Shown: piece after piece, positions 46,951 through 58,461 of the stretch
How positions within the stretch are numbered: the first letter of the stretch is position 1
How the letters are laid out: each line of letters opens with the position of its first letter
Virus record (IMG/VR): IMGVR_UViG_3300014613_000018
Coordinates: 1-64,000 of that record
Strand: one strand, 5' to 3'
DNA: 64,000 nucleotides
Source of the DNA: a virus
Translations under genes and position numbers: made by a program
The notes under the pieces: model-generated
Databases searched by the model: none
Seen by the model: only the letters and a program-made list of their open reading frames with translations
What the model was told of the DNA's origin: nothing

Positions 46951-49394
46951 TTAGGTATTGATTAGTTCCATTATTCTATTTACTATATATTTCCTTTCTA
47001 TTTTATAGTTTTCAGTAAACTCATGTTCAATAGTTTGAATATCTATAGTAATAGATTTCAGCATATCACACAGTTCCAATAGTTCCAAGTGATCAATATA
47101 CTCTTTAATGATAGGTTCTAATACTGGGGGTATTCTATCCTGATTCCTATTGAATATTGTATAGATATGTTCCATTATTCTATTTCCTTTCTTACCTGTG
47201 ATTCTAGAGTATCGATTAATAACCTTATGTTTCTTATTCTAGGGATTATAAATTTCCTGTTTTCCTTATATGTAGCACTATTGGAATATTTTTCATTCAA
47301 TAGTTTATCTATATATAAGTATTTTAGCATTAAACTTAATTTATGCAATTGTACTTTTATATATGTATTTTCCATTATTCTATTTCCTTTCTGTTCTGAA
47401 TTAGCTTTCCTCTAGTATGTATTAGTATGCTTGCCTCTATACATATATAGGCAACATAAGCTCCTATCTCATTATTTACAGTATCCTCCGAAAGGTTATG
47501 ATCAATAGCTTTCTGTTCTGTTTTTCCCAGTAGGTCACTGATTATTGTTTCAATAGTCCTTTCTCTATCTATTCTTATCCAATCCTGAATGCTTGTATCC
47601 TCGGTTTTAGATATTGCAATATCTTTAATTATCTTTATTCTAGGGTTCATTATTCTAGTTTCCTTTCTTATTCGTCACCATATGCGGATTCACATATCTT
47701 ATTACAATTATCGCAGTAAAGACTGGTATCCTCCCAATTCACGAAAATATCTATTATTTCCCATTGTGAGTCATTGTCTATGCTGAATGTTGCCTCCATT
47801 ATCAGGTTATAGTTTTCTTTGAAACATTCATAACATAGTACGCCATTATCAGCCATTAATGCAAACATTGGATAGCCTCCGGGCCATGCATATTTATTTG
47901 CATCAAAGTACAGTATCTTGTCAAGTATTGTATTCATTATTCTAGTTTCCTTTCTTATTTCCGATAAGGGAATATCTATACTTTTTTCCACCTAATCTAC
48001 TATTACAACAGTCACAAATTGCAATAGAATATTCATCAATACCCTCTCCTGTTTCACTGTCATAATTGGGTACTATTGCAGTATCCTTATATAGTGTATT
48101 GGAATTATGAAGGTCAATTATTCCCTGTTCAATAGTTTTTAACCTTTCTGTACTTTCAGGTTCATCATAATAGTAATCTAAGAATGTAACGTCACCTGTT
48201 TCCAGTACTAGCATACATTCTTCACATAGTGTCAAGTTATCGTCAATTATCTTCATGATCATTTATCCTTTCGGTTTATGGTTGCCTAATTCTTAACAAT
48301 GGACAGCCCTTTAAACTGTCCATGATTAAAGATTAGATATTAGCTTTGATCCATTCAATTATTTCAGTCTCGGGAATATAGTGGATATTGTGGAGTTTAT
48401 ATAGTCTAGTATAATCACTATAACTTTCCCAGCTTTCCCGACATTCTACTACCACAGGATAGCAAGTATTTTCTATTACTTGTCCTATATAAAAGTTAAT
48501 ATTGCCTGAATGTTCGGGAATATAAATACTTTCCCCTGTTTTCGTGGAAATTAAGCGTGTGAACCTTTCAGAATGCCCATTAGCTTTACTCCAATAGGCA
48601 ACAGACTGAATTACAAATCTTACCTTATTCATTATAGCATGTCCTTTCTAAGCTGAGTATCAATTTCCCTATCTGATAGCACAGGAACATAAGATATTGA
48701 CAATGGTACAGTTAATTCTGATTTCAGCATGTCGTCAATTTGAGGGAGTATTTCAGATACACTATTACCGGGAACCCTGTGAGTACTAACATGCCCTCCG
48801 CCGTGATTAATTATTACCTTATACATGCTAATTATTATCCTTTCTTTACTTTATTGTTATGGTGACTGATTCTATTGAATCAACATGTTCAATGGTTGCG
48901 TCATAGCACCAGCAATTGGGTTCCTGTTTATCCCGTATGATTTCCGTACAAGTATCTTCCGGTTCAACTATCTCATTTTCAATTATCACCCTTGCTGTTT
49001 CGGCGTTATGGTGATCACATTCACCGCACACAATGGATTGACCATTTTCATCAGTTATTTCATATCTGTACATGATCATTTTCCCTTTCTTCATTGTCCA
49101 TTATGTCCAGTTCTGCGAATATTTCCCAGTCAATATCCTCCGGGAAATCTTCATTTATGGTGTCAAGGATCATTGTTCTATTTCCTTTCCTGTTTAGTTT
49201 CTCAAGCCTGAAAACCAGCCATCCATAATAAAGCAACCTAAAGCAACAGATACCATATAGCAGGTCAAGGCAAGAACCCCAGTGCTAAGGGTGATAAACA
49301 GTATCGATGCAAGGATAATCAGGGCGGTAAGGGCGGTAATAATAAGGGCGATATAGTTTTTCATTTCTTTTCTTCCTTTCGAGTTTGCTTTCAT
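46951..49394 (-). CDS. Block of small genes (46951..47175, 47175..47375, 47375..47650, 47668..47937, 47942..48262, 48333..48632, 48632..48826, 48846..49094, 49194..49394)
   Basis: Most preceded by GAAAGGA-type leaders; TTGACA at 49446-49441; 47668 ORF has the YAWPGGYP phage motif. Confidence 0.65.
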
Positions 49395-49681
49395 TGTGTT
49401 CCCCTTTCACTGGTACAAACCTAATAGGCAAGCTATATAGTGTCAACCCATCTTAAATACTTATATTTCAACAGTTTACAAAATAGCTTAATTTAAGTAG
49501 TCTATTTTTCTTCATTCTTGACCAGATTTAGCGTTATAGTAGTTTATGAAATATTCTTAATTAAACTATATTTTATGTCCTAAAACTATATTGAAATCAT
49601 ATAATAAAACGCCATAATGTTCTGCACACTGGTATATTTTCTATGCAATAAAATGCACTTCAAATTCTATATTTTTCAGGC

Positions 49682-49709
49682 TTGACAATGGGCTTTTTTA
49701 TGCTATATT
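49682..49709 (+). promoter_or_regulatory. sigma70 promoter firing into non-coding repeat region
   Basis: TTGACA-N16-TATATT with TG extension. Confidence 0.6.
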
Positions 49710-49900
49710 CGGGAGTATGTTAGGGAAATTGAAGGATCAGAATGAAGGGCAATTTATTGGAGGATTGAAAATAATCTAAATTTACTGGACACTGAAAAAC
49801 ATACTAAACTATGCGGTTTTTTACTAAATAGTAATATTGTGAATGTTTGCACAATATCTAGTGTTAAGTTAATAGTACTATGAAATTAACAATAGCTAAA

Positions 49901-49951
49901 TAAGAATGATTCTTAGATAGGAACGCCTCTTAGGTAGGAATGATTCTTACT
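49901..49951. repeat. 3 x 17-bp degenerate tandem repeat; first unit contains the perfect 7-1-7 palindrome TAAGAAT-G-ATTCTTA
   Basis: TAAGAATGATTCTTAGA / TAGGAACGCCTCTTAGG / TAGGAATGATTCTTACT. Confidence 0.8.
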
Positions 49952-49956
49952 GCCTT

Positions 49957-50036
49957 AAAAATCTCGTGACGTGAAGGTTAAAACCACTTAGTCAAAAATC
50001 TCGTGACGTATGAGGATTTTCCTCTTAGTCAAAAAT
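49957..50036. repeat. 37-bp period repeat CGTGACGT-N14-CTTAGTCAAAAAT (2 copies)
   Basis: CGTGACGT at 49965 and 50002; CTTAGTCAAAAAT at 49987 and 50024. Confidence 0.9.
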
Positions 50037-53000
50037 TTCACCATTACGATTTTTACCGTTTTTGATACAATATTCATCATACATTTTATCAATCTTATTA
50101 GCCTCAATATCCTTGAGTATAGCCAGTATAGTATCTCTTTTATACATAAGGTTATTGGCTACTGTAATCCTTTTATCTTCGGGGTATTCAGTAGTATTTT
50201 CAATATCATCAATAGCACTATCTAAAGCTGTGAGTTTAATGTTAAGATAGTGTACCATTGCATTTTTAAGTATGATTTCCATATAAATATCCTTTCAAAA
50301 ATCGAGTTTAATGTTCAGTAGTATAGAAGTTCAAAGTATTCTCAGTTATTGGATTCTGAATAGTAATAGAAGTTAAAATACCCCTTATCTATACCCCTTA
50401 CCCCTATTGGAACATAGCCCCTTTTTAATGATAGCCCCTATTTTAGATAGTAGCCCCTTATTATCTTATTTTTGAAATTTTAATAGGATGTATTCTATAC
50501 TCCTCACCTTTAATAGTCACATGATAGGCAATAACTTTACTATCTTCAACTACTCTACCTGAAATAGTTGCAGTAATTTTTCTCTTATTAGGTAAGTGAA
50601 CCCAAACAAGAGTACCTATATTCATTATTCTTACTCACCCCAATCCGATTGTGAATCTGTTTGTCTAATGTCAGTCAAGATTACAACACGTCTACCATAA
50701 GCATGTACTACTTTATGACAATGGTTGCACTTGAAATTTACAGAATTACTACCATAAGCATCAATATTCCCAGTAACAAAATAAGGTACAAAATCTTCTT
50801 TATTACAGTAGGGGCATTTAATCCTGTCATTCATTTCATTATCCTTTTAATTTAGAGTTTTCCTAACACTTCTATTATAGCACAATTAGAAAGTGTTGTC
50901 AAGTGCTAGTTTTTACATCCATTTATAGCCCTGTGTTAATAGTTCATCTTGTTTCTGTTCAAATTTCTTTTTGTTTGAAAATGTATAGACCCCAAAGAAT
51001 TTACTTCCATCAGGATACTTAGATACTCCATCATGGTAGTTTATAACATACTTTACTTTACCTATGTTATATTGAAGGTGCATTAATTTCTCATTCATTA
51101 TTCTTCCCTCCACACAAGTATTTGTGCATACCTGCTAAATGAGATTGAATTGCCAATATTCCAGCCGTAATGAATAATAGTGGTGTCACCTTCAATTAGC
51201 CCTGTAGTGTTTATTACTTCATTGACACTAAATAGCTGATTGTTTAAGAATATTGAGTCAGTAATTTTAGCATCCTTTGCATCAATTACTTTAAGCATGA
51301 TAATTCCTTTCAATTTAGAGTTTTCCTAACACTTGAATATAGTACATTTAGAAACCATTGTCAATAGCTTGTTTGGCTCCATTTAGTCCTGCTCTTTGAG
51401 TAATACAGGTTCCATCTTTAACAACATCCCAAACTTGTCCAGAGATTCTTTCATAGATTAGGTAGCCTTTATACTCTTTAGGTTTTACATTAGTAATATA
51501 GTATTCAGGCCCATAATTGTTAGTTACTGGATTGTGCCAAGGGTTTTTATAGGTTGCCATTATTAATCCTCCAAATCTGCTATTATATTTTCTCTCCATT
51601 TAATTTGCCAAGATCTGTCACTGTTAAATGGTCTTTTACTCCATACCTCAATGTCTTCTGTAAGCATGGTGACTATTGCTTCTGCTGTTTCACCTTCTAC
51701 ATAATTGTAGTCAGAATTATTATAGTACCAACCATATTCATCATAAAAGGTATCTTCAAAGGTACTATCAATATCCTGTTCTATACAGTTATGGTGCATA
51801 TCCTCGGTAAGTAGAATATCATATAATTCTTCATCATTGTTATGCAGTACCTTGAATATCTTACCAGCTTGTGTAGTATGCTGTGCAAAGTAATATACTC
51901 TCATTTCAATTTCCTTTCTCAGTTACCAAGAATAGGCATCTTTTTCCTTAGTAGTATTATCATGCAACACACTAAAATAATTTTCTTTTAAGGTTTCTAC
52001 TTTTCCAGTGTAATCAGCATGAAGCATTACTCCATTAAAATTTACTACTATTTCACATTTAAGATCAGTAGCTAATCTTATCATTTCAGAACAAGTATCA
52101 GTGATAGTTTCTCCACCAACTGTTTCCATTTTTAGAATTAACATTTCAATTTCCTTTCAATTTAGAGTTTTCCTAACAGTAGTATTATAACACTTAGAAA
52201 TCTAAATGTCAATAGGTCTTACTTCAAAACAGATACCTTCAGGTATAGCAATGAATATCATGTTAGTATCTGTAAAATTCATTACTCTAAATTCTATCTG
52301 AGTAATACCTAACTGATCGTTATGAAATGCTTCCTTAGATAGTATTGTCACTGTAGTAATACTTCCATTGACTACATGAAGTATTTCACTGCCAATTGTA
52401 ACATCATCATAAGTAGTAACTTCTAGTCTTAGTTTCATGTTAGTATCCTTTCAATTTAGGTTAGTAATATACATTCTGCTTTAGTGTAATACAGAATATT
52501 GTTAAGATATAATCCTAGTATTCTATTAGAAGGGTAAGTATCATGTAGTACTCCATAGCGAGTAAATGAAATAGCATGTTCTACTGCTTTGATAGTACCA
52601 ATTCCATCGGGAGTATTTACCTTATCTTCTATTTTCATTTTAGTTTCCTTTCAATCTGGTAAAACATTTGAAGGTACTGTTATTGAATACAGTTCTGCAA
52701 TGAAAACTAATCCAGCTTCCCTATCTACTGCTATTACTCCAGTATCAGCATGTTTAGCACAGTAATTATTAGCATCTTCTTCACTTGTAGCTATGTGAGT
52801 TACTCTAAATATCTTACCCATACTTTTACAGTAAATATGCAGATTGTTTGTTATGTTCATGTTATTCCTCTTCCTCATAAGGTTCAAAGATTGAAGGGTT
52901 AATACCTTTGTAAATATTACCTCTTTCACCTACAGGAGTAACCCAGATAGTATTTTTACATACCTTGTAAATTTCATAAAAGCGAACACAAGGATTGGTT

Positions 53001-53918
53001 TTAGAAGTAACTTTCATTCTTGTCTTACAATCTTCAATCTTCATTTCAGTTTCCTTTCAAAATAGAAATAGCTTTTTCTGCTCTTTCAATGATAGTAAGC
53101 TGAATCTTACTTTTTTCATCATATATTTCAGCATTAGGAGCATATTCTTCTATATAAATCAATTCAGCTTTAGCTTCTGCTATGTAGTCATTAAGTACAG
53201 ATATAGCATGTGCAAACATTGAAGACATTTCAATTTCCTTTCTACTGTGCTAAGTGACAATCTTCATGGTAAAGACCGGCAGGACATATTGCGTTACCTT
53301 CCCAGTATACTATTGTATCAAATCTAGTAAATTCTTCTCCACAATGTATACAGCAAGGGGTTTCTGGGCAAGTGACTGTAATTTCCATTTTTTTCACCTT
53401 TCAAAATAGAGTTTCAATTTCCATGTACATATAATAACTATTTTCTAAATGAATGTCAAGGGGTAAAACAATTTGGTTTTACCCCTTTGTGTAAGTAACT
53501 TCTACCATCTAACAAAGATCACTATATCTTCCTGATAGCCTTTTCTCTTTGCAATTATTCCGCAAGTAGCCTTATTGCGAGTATGCAGATACTTACCTTT
53601 CATTTCAGGGTGGTTTTTACCTGTCATTAAAAAGGCCATATAGGTAACATAGAAATCTTCTTGAGATACTTCACAAAGAATATCTCCTCTTTCAGTAGTA
53701 TTAAGTAGCTCAAGGAAGTTAAGCTTTCTATATGTTCTCTTATCCTTCTGTACTGGCTTTTCAATAGGAGGTTCATATATACCTTTAAGTGTAGTAGAAA
53801 AGCCTGATTCCTGTGCTAATTCTCTTGCCTTACTTCTGGAGATATTAGCTGTAAATATTCCATTAGGACTAAGATAACCAAAGTGGCCTGTAGTATCCTT
53901 GTAAATTCCGGGGTTCAT
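50025..53918 (-). CDS. Array of small early-type genes (50025..50282, 50461..50625, 50631..50834, 50913..51098, 51098..51298, 51348..51560, 51563..51904, 51923..52144, 52202..52438, 52456..52638, 52651..52860, 52862..53044, 53046..53228, 53242..53388, 53502..53918)
   Basis: Most preceded by TGAAAGGA(A)..ATG leaders; functions not recognisable. Confidence 0.65.
50834..50902 (-). promoter_or_regulatory. sigma70 promoter plus repeated leader
   Basis: TTGACA-N17-TATAAT; AGTGTTAGGAAAACTCTAAATT. Confidence 0.8.
51298..51364 (-). promoter_or_regulatory. sigma70 promoter plus repeated leader
   Basis: TTGACA-N17-TATATT; AGTGTTAGGAAAACTCTAAATTGAAAGGA. Confidence 0.8.
52144..52212 (-). promoter_or_regulatory. 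sigma70 promoter plus repeated leader
   Basis: TTGACA-N17-TATAAT; TGTTAGGAAAACTCTAAATTGAAAGGAAATTGAAATG. Confidence 0.8.
53388..53487 (-). promoter_or_regulatory. Hairpin abutting sigma70 promoter plus leader
   Basis: AAGGGGTAAAAC/GTTTTACCCCTT stem runs into TTGACA-N17-TATTAT. Confidence 0.75.
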
Positions 53919-54010
53919 TTTAGTATCCTTTCAATTTAGAGTTTCATGTACCTATAATAACTAATTCTTACAAGATTGTCAAGAGGATAGGTATCTATGC
54001 CTATCCTCTT
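53918..54010 (-). promoter_or_regulatory. Hairpin abutting sigma70 promoter plus leader
   Basis: AAGAGGATAGG/CCTATCCTCTT stem runs into TTGACA-N17-TATTAT. Confidence 0.75.
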
Positions 54011-54022
54011 ATTCCATTTAGT

Positions 54023-55147
54023 TTACTCAGGTTCAGGCAGTCTCACAGGCATAAGTAAGGCTATTCTTTCAGTATCCTCATACAATACTGCTGTACTGCA
54101 ATCCTTAACCTTGAGTACCAGAGGATTATTGTCAACAAAGTTAGCAATATCCTGAAGCAAGCAAGCATTAAAAGCTATCTGCCCATTATAACTACCTGTT
54201 CCACATTCGGATTCCCATGACATGCTATCAGTGTTCTCACCATAGGCAGTAATTTTATCATTGTTATAAGCGAGAAGTATCTGATGTGTCGCAGGGTTAA
54301 TCAGCTTGATAGGAATGTTGTCTATTACTTTTCTGTCAAGGTTAATTACTTCCTGATTGTTTGCAGGTATAACCTTTTCATAGGGAGGATATGGCCCTTC
54401 AACTTTGCGTATACTAATCATCCAATCCTCACCGGAAAACTGGGTATAAGTAATGTCACCAGTAGTAATTTCACCAGTAGTAAGGTTAGTAACCTTTGTT
54501 AACAGGCTACCTATTGCCATTGGTGCATACTCTTTCCTATCATAGCTTTCACTTGCCTTAACAAGCTGTAGAAGTGGCTTGATTCCATTACCATCTATAA
54601 TGGTACTCTGATGGAACATTTCAGGTGCATTCTTAAATATCCCCATTACATGCCCATTAGTACCAACCAATTCAGACCTTTCCTTATTGTAGCATATTCC
54701 TGTAAGACTGGCTCTAATTTCATTCCTATCAGCTACAAAGGGCATCAATGAAACCAGCTTGTCAACTATTGCAGTAGTATGGTCTGTTCTTGTGTTGTCA
54801 GCAATCTCAGGCAATGAAGGATAGCTTTCCCGGCTGTCAGAAGGAAGATTAAAGATACCTATGGGAGTGTGTATGTTGAGTTTCTTATTGGCTACTGTAA
54901 GGCTGATTTCACTACCTTTAGGAGTAGCATCAATAGCCTTTACAAGTGAAGCATAGTCAACTACTGCCGTGAAATCATTACTGGTAAGGTCAATTACTTT
55001 TACTACAGTAGTAATGTCAAGGTCTGTAGTAGAGAATGTAGTCTCACAAGTGTTATTTTCAATCAGTACATGGCTCAATGAAGGTAGAGAAGTTTTAGGA
55101 GGCACATGCAGAGCCTTGAGTTTCTTAACCAGTGTTTCCTTGTTCAT
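54023..55147 (-). CDS. dnaN: DNA polymerase III beta sliding clamp homolog
   Basis: 374 aa; TDLD, LTGI, VGTNGH, EGPYPPYEKVIP, IAFNA.LL.D, LLMPVRL. Confidence 0.85.
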   Translation of the reverse strand: MNKETLVKKLKALHVPPKTSLPSLSHVLIENNTCETTFSTTDLDITTVVKVIDLTSNDFTAVVDYASLVKAIDATPKGSEISLTVANKKLNIHTPIGIFNLPSDSRESYPSLPEIADNTRTDHTTAIVDKLVSLMPFVADRNEIRASLTGICYNKERSELVGTNGHVMGIFKNAPEMFHQSTIIDGNGIKPLLQLVKASESYDRKEYAPMAIGSLLTKVTNLTTGEITTGDITYTQFSGEDWMISIRKVEGPYPPYEKVIPANNQEVINLDRKVIDNIPIKLINPATHQILLAYNNDKITAYGENTDSMSWESECGTGSYNGQIAFNACLLQDIANFVDNNPLVLKVKDCSTAVLYEDTERIALLMPVRLPEPE

Positions 55148-55225
55148 TTTAGTTTCCTTTCAGTTTCAAGTTTAAGTAACCAGTCATAACAATTAGAATA
55201 TAGCTAATGAAAATCTAATTGTCAA
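55147..55225 (-). promoter_or_regulatory. Dedicated sigma70 promoter plus leader of clamp gene
   Basis: TTGACA-N17-TATATT; TGAAAGGAAACTAAAATG. Confidence 0.75.
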
Positions 55226-55228
55226 GTG

Positions 55229-55585
55229 CTAGCTTTTAGCCTTTTCAATGGCTACTATGAAAGACCCACAACAATTATAACAGGAGTATCCTATCATGGT
55301 TTCATCCTCATAAGGTTCAAAATAGTCCCTTGAACCACCAACCAGATAGATACCTTCAATGTTCAAGTTATGGTTTCTATCATTAGCATTTTTGTTAGCA
55401 TTAAGTGAAATTGGAATATGCTTAATGAGAGTAAATTCAGCATCCTTGTTATAAGCACAGCCATCAATCATACCATCAAATTTAGATTTAACCTTAATGA
55501 ACAGTGGAGTTTTAGGATCATTTCTGTACTTGTTAACAAAGCTTTTGAAGGTAGCCTTTGTGGGTTTCTTTTTAAGTATTATCAT
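55229..55585 (-). CDS. Conserved phage hypothetical protein
   Basis: T.ATFKSF, SKFDGMIDG, GIYLVG.SRDYF, YNCCGSF; own promoter at 55660. Confidence 0.75.
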   Translation of the reverse strand: MIILKKKPTKATFKSFVNKYRNDPKTPLFIKVKSKFDGMIDGCAYNKDAEFTLIKHIPISLNANKNANDRNHNLNIEGIYLVGGSRDYFEPYEDETMIGYSCYNCCGSFIVAIEKAKS

Positions 55586-55906
55586 TTCAATTTCCTTTCA
55601 AGTTTAAGTTTAGTATCAATTTCTACACAGGTAGTATAACAGGTTATTGCTAAATGTCAACCCCTAAGTTGAAAATTATCTAAATCGTTGAAACACTTGC
55701 ACTTGACATCTAAATTAGGCCACCACATACTCCAGTGTTGAAACAGGATCACAAAAACTAAAAGTGAAATTAGATATTCGGGAAAATCATGGCTAGATTA
55801 CAGCTAAATCCACAAAACTACTTTTAGTATTACAAAATGTTTCGTGAAACTCATATTCAGGTTAGCAATTAGATAAAAGGAGCATAGAATGATGATTGAA
55901 TTTTCC

Positions 55907-55941
55907 CGTGACGTATAGCAAATTTCCTCTTAGTCAAAAAT
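55907..55941. repeat. Third copy of CGTGACGT-N14-CTTAGTCAAAAAT
   Basis: Same arms and 14-nt spacing as 49965 and 50002. Confidence 0.9.
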
Positions 55942-56357
55942 TGATGTTTTTTAATTTCAAAAATTATTATTTAATGGTACTTTTTACAAGTGCATTACAT
56001 TATTTAGTCATTTCAAGTGACCTATTTTAACATTAAATAACTTGATAAATATTACTTTAATTGTTACTTAAACTAGCATTACAGTTATGTGTGTTCAATA
56101 ATAAGTCTTGTACAATAAAATTGAACATGCTAAAATAATGAACAAGTAGTATTAAATAATCAGTCTAATTAATTCTAACACTTACTATTAAGTTTATATT
56201 TTGTGGATAATTTAGGCCGTAATAATGTAGTTTTAATAGGTAAGTTAAGTAGTATACTGATTAGAGAAGTTCAACAGTTATTGAAAGTTAAATGTGAGAA
56301 TTTGAATAAAGAAAAGGACACCCCTTTAAGATGCCCTTTACTCCCTGTAAGATAGCC

Positions 56358-57347
56358 CTATTTAAGTGTACTCCCTTTATTGTTTAGTAATATTCTAATA
56401 TTTTTATTGTTAACTAGAACATTATTACTGACGGCATGGATAGCGTTACCTATATCTACATTAACTTTAGATTGTTGTGTAAGGAATTGTAAATAGGAAG
56501 TTCTTAAACCTATACAGAACAATGTTAATATTACTGTAGTAGTATAGAAGAACCATATAACTAGGGTTAATAGAATGTAGATTAACATTTAGTATCCTTC
56601 GCCTTCTGGATGTCGGCGAGAACTGATTCTGCTATTAGGGTAAAAGGATAGGCATCGCACCAATCAACTGAACTGATGTTTTGCCGACGAGCCTCACGAA
56701 ACAATTCGCACAAGTCGTTTAGGCTGCTCTCCATCCTCCCCACCATCTCGGCGGTTTTGCGGAGGCTGGCGTTTTCTTCTGCAACCAATGCTGCCTTTTC
56801 AAGTGCATCCTTCACTTCATCCAAGTCAGCAATTTTGATTGTTATAGTTGAACTAGCCATTATCCTTCTCCCCTTCCTGATGTGTCTGTCATGTGTGGTA
56901 GAATTTCGGGTTCTGGAGGAGAATACCACAACTTGACATATTCTCTGGGTTTACCTTGTATTTCTTGAATTGTTATCTCTCTGGAAAATTGGTAAGATGT
57001 GGCAAATGTTGACTGTGCCATTACTTCTCCCCTTCCTTTCCCTGCGGGGTGGCGAGGGCTTCATGCTTCCTCATCCATTCGGGCACACTATCACACTCCC
57101 CTGGTTGACCTATCTTGAGATAATGCAACAAAGCATCTCCAATACCACTGCGAGGATCGATCTTTCCTGATACAATCTGACAGGCACACACATACGCCAG
57201 TCTGTTGGCTCCTATCTTGTCAATGTCCCCCGCCCTCTCCTGTGCCGGGGTGAGGGGGGTAATTTTGCCTGACTTCATTCCACAGGCATATTGCGTCATA
57301 CCTATAACAGACGACAGCCACTCCGCATCCACCACCAGCTTACTCAT
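56358..57347 (-). CDS. Hypothetical ORFs (56358..56588, 56582..56860, 56860..57021, 57021..57347)
   Basis: TAATG-type coupling; GC-richer than genome average from about 56590. Confidence 0.6.
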
Positions 57348-57564
57348 TATCGGCTCCCTTCTGCTTCATCATCTCTTCGTACTTGGCGCGGATTTCGGCG
57401 GGGTATGCAAACGCTAACCAACAATGGAAACATGTGTAGTATTCGTCCCCCTCTCGTGAAATCTCCATGTTGGGAGCCACGCATTTCTTAAACATATTGG
57501 GGCATGGCATAGAATCATCTTCAGCCAACTCCCTCGCCATTTCCTCCACGGTAGGTTTACTCAT
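57340..57564 (-). CDS. Paralog of 32908..33132
   Basis: MSKPTVEEMARELAE...PAEIRAKYEE; ATG at 57564 after GGAGG. Confidence 0.7.
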   Translation of the reverse strand: MSKPTVEEMARELAEDDSMPCPNMFKKCVAPNMEISREGDEYYTCFHCWLAFAYPAEIRAKYEEMMKQKGADNE

Positions 57565-57784
57565 GGCTGGCCTCCTCTTCCGTGGCTGGAGGGGCTTCCG
57601 GGGCATCCATCCACGGCTGACAGCCATGTATTTCGGACGGGCTTAGCTCTGTTTGGTATCCACACGCCTCGCAGTAGCACCCCCAATGCTGGACAAAATA
57701 GGTATGAATGCCCATTCGGAATGCAACCTCTCCACACTTGGGGCAGACATGTGAGGGGGCTGCAGGATTTCTGTCTCTCATCAT
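57557..57784 (-). CDS. Zinc-finger protein, Lar restriction-alleviation-like
   Basis: CPKCG...YCEACG...W; ends EASHE. Confidence 0.5.
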   Translation of the reverse strand: MMRDRNPAAPSHVCPKCGEVAFRMGIHTYFVQHWGCYCEACGYQTELSPSEIHGCQPWMDAPEAPPATEEEASHE

Positions 57785-58461
57785 TCACCTTCCTTCGTGG
57801 CTGGAGGGGTGAGGGCAGCAGCTACTATTGCCATGACTCGGTTGGTGTTTGCCATGTTTAGAACATTCTTGCCTAAACACACTCCATATATTCGGTCAAG
57901 TGCGTTTCTGGCCACACCGAGTTCCCCCTCCAACTCCCCGACCCGTTTGCGGAGGCGGTTATTCTTTTTTATGAGATTCCGTACCATTCCGTAGATAGTG
58001 TTATCTATGCCTTCTCCGGCGACAGCATCATCTAAGAGTTCCAAAATAGCTAGTGCTGTTTCTTGTGGGACATAGCTCTTCTCCAACTCCCCGACCCGCT
58101 TCCTGAGTGCGTCCTCGGTGGGGCGGTAACTCTGCCACTGTTCGACCAAATTTGCAACGGTATGGGCTATGGCCTCTACCACATATTCGTTATCAGCCTT
58201 ATGCTCGTCTGGAGTAAATTCTCCCACGAAGTATTGAGCCACATGAACCATCTCATGCACAATCACAAATAAGGGGCAAGAATCAATAGGTACAGACAAC
58301 CTGATAATGCCAATGTTGTGAGATATTTCATAATCTGGATTCAGCTCAAATTCAGCAAAGTTGCCTTTCTGCAACTTAACATTGTCAACAACAGAGACAA
58401 ACAATGGTGCTTGTTCTCCTGCTGGAAACAATCTAAACGGGCACTTCCTCTTCTCACTCAT
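57781..58461 (-). CDS. Mosaic protein with HExxH motif and two RKRVGELE repeats
   Basis: Start MSEKRKCPF at 58461; VHEMVH; ends LTPPATKEGE. Confidence 0.65.
   Translation of the reverse strand: MSEKRKCPFRLFPAGEQAPLFVSVVDNVKLQKGNFAEFELNPDYEISHNIGIIRLSVPIDSCPLFVIVHEMVHVAQYFVGEFTPDEHKADNEYVVEAIAHTVANLVEQWQSYRPTEDALRKRVGELEKSYVPQETALAILELLDDAVAGEGIDNTIYGMVRNLIKKNNRLRKRVGELEGELGVARNALDRIYGVCLGKNVLNMANTNRVMAIVAAALTPPATKEGE

Noticed and set aside
46966-47959. CRISPR-like repeats
   Set aside because: Intervals are 200-290 bp ORFs and the repeats are RBS/start junctions.
49957-50036. Mini CRISPR array
   Set aside because: Only two units, 14-nt spacers, no cas genes.
49455-55705. IHF-like TAAnnnnTTGAW words at about 49465 and 55681
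   Set aside because: Too degenerate to distinguish from AT-rich background by eye.
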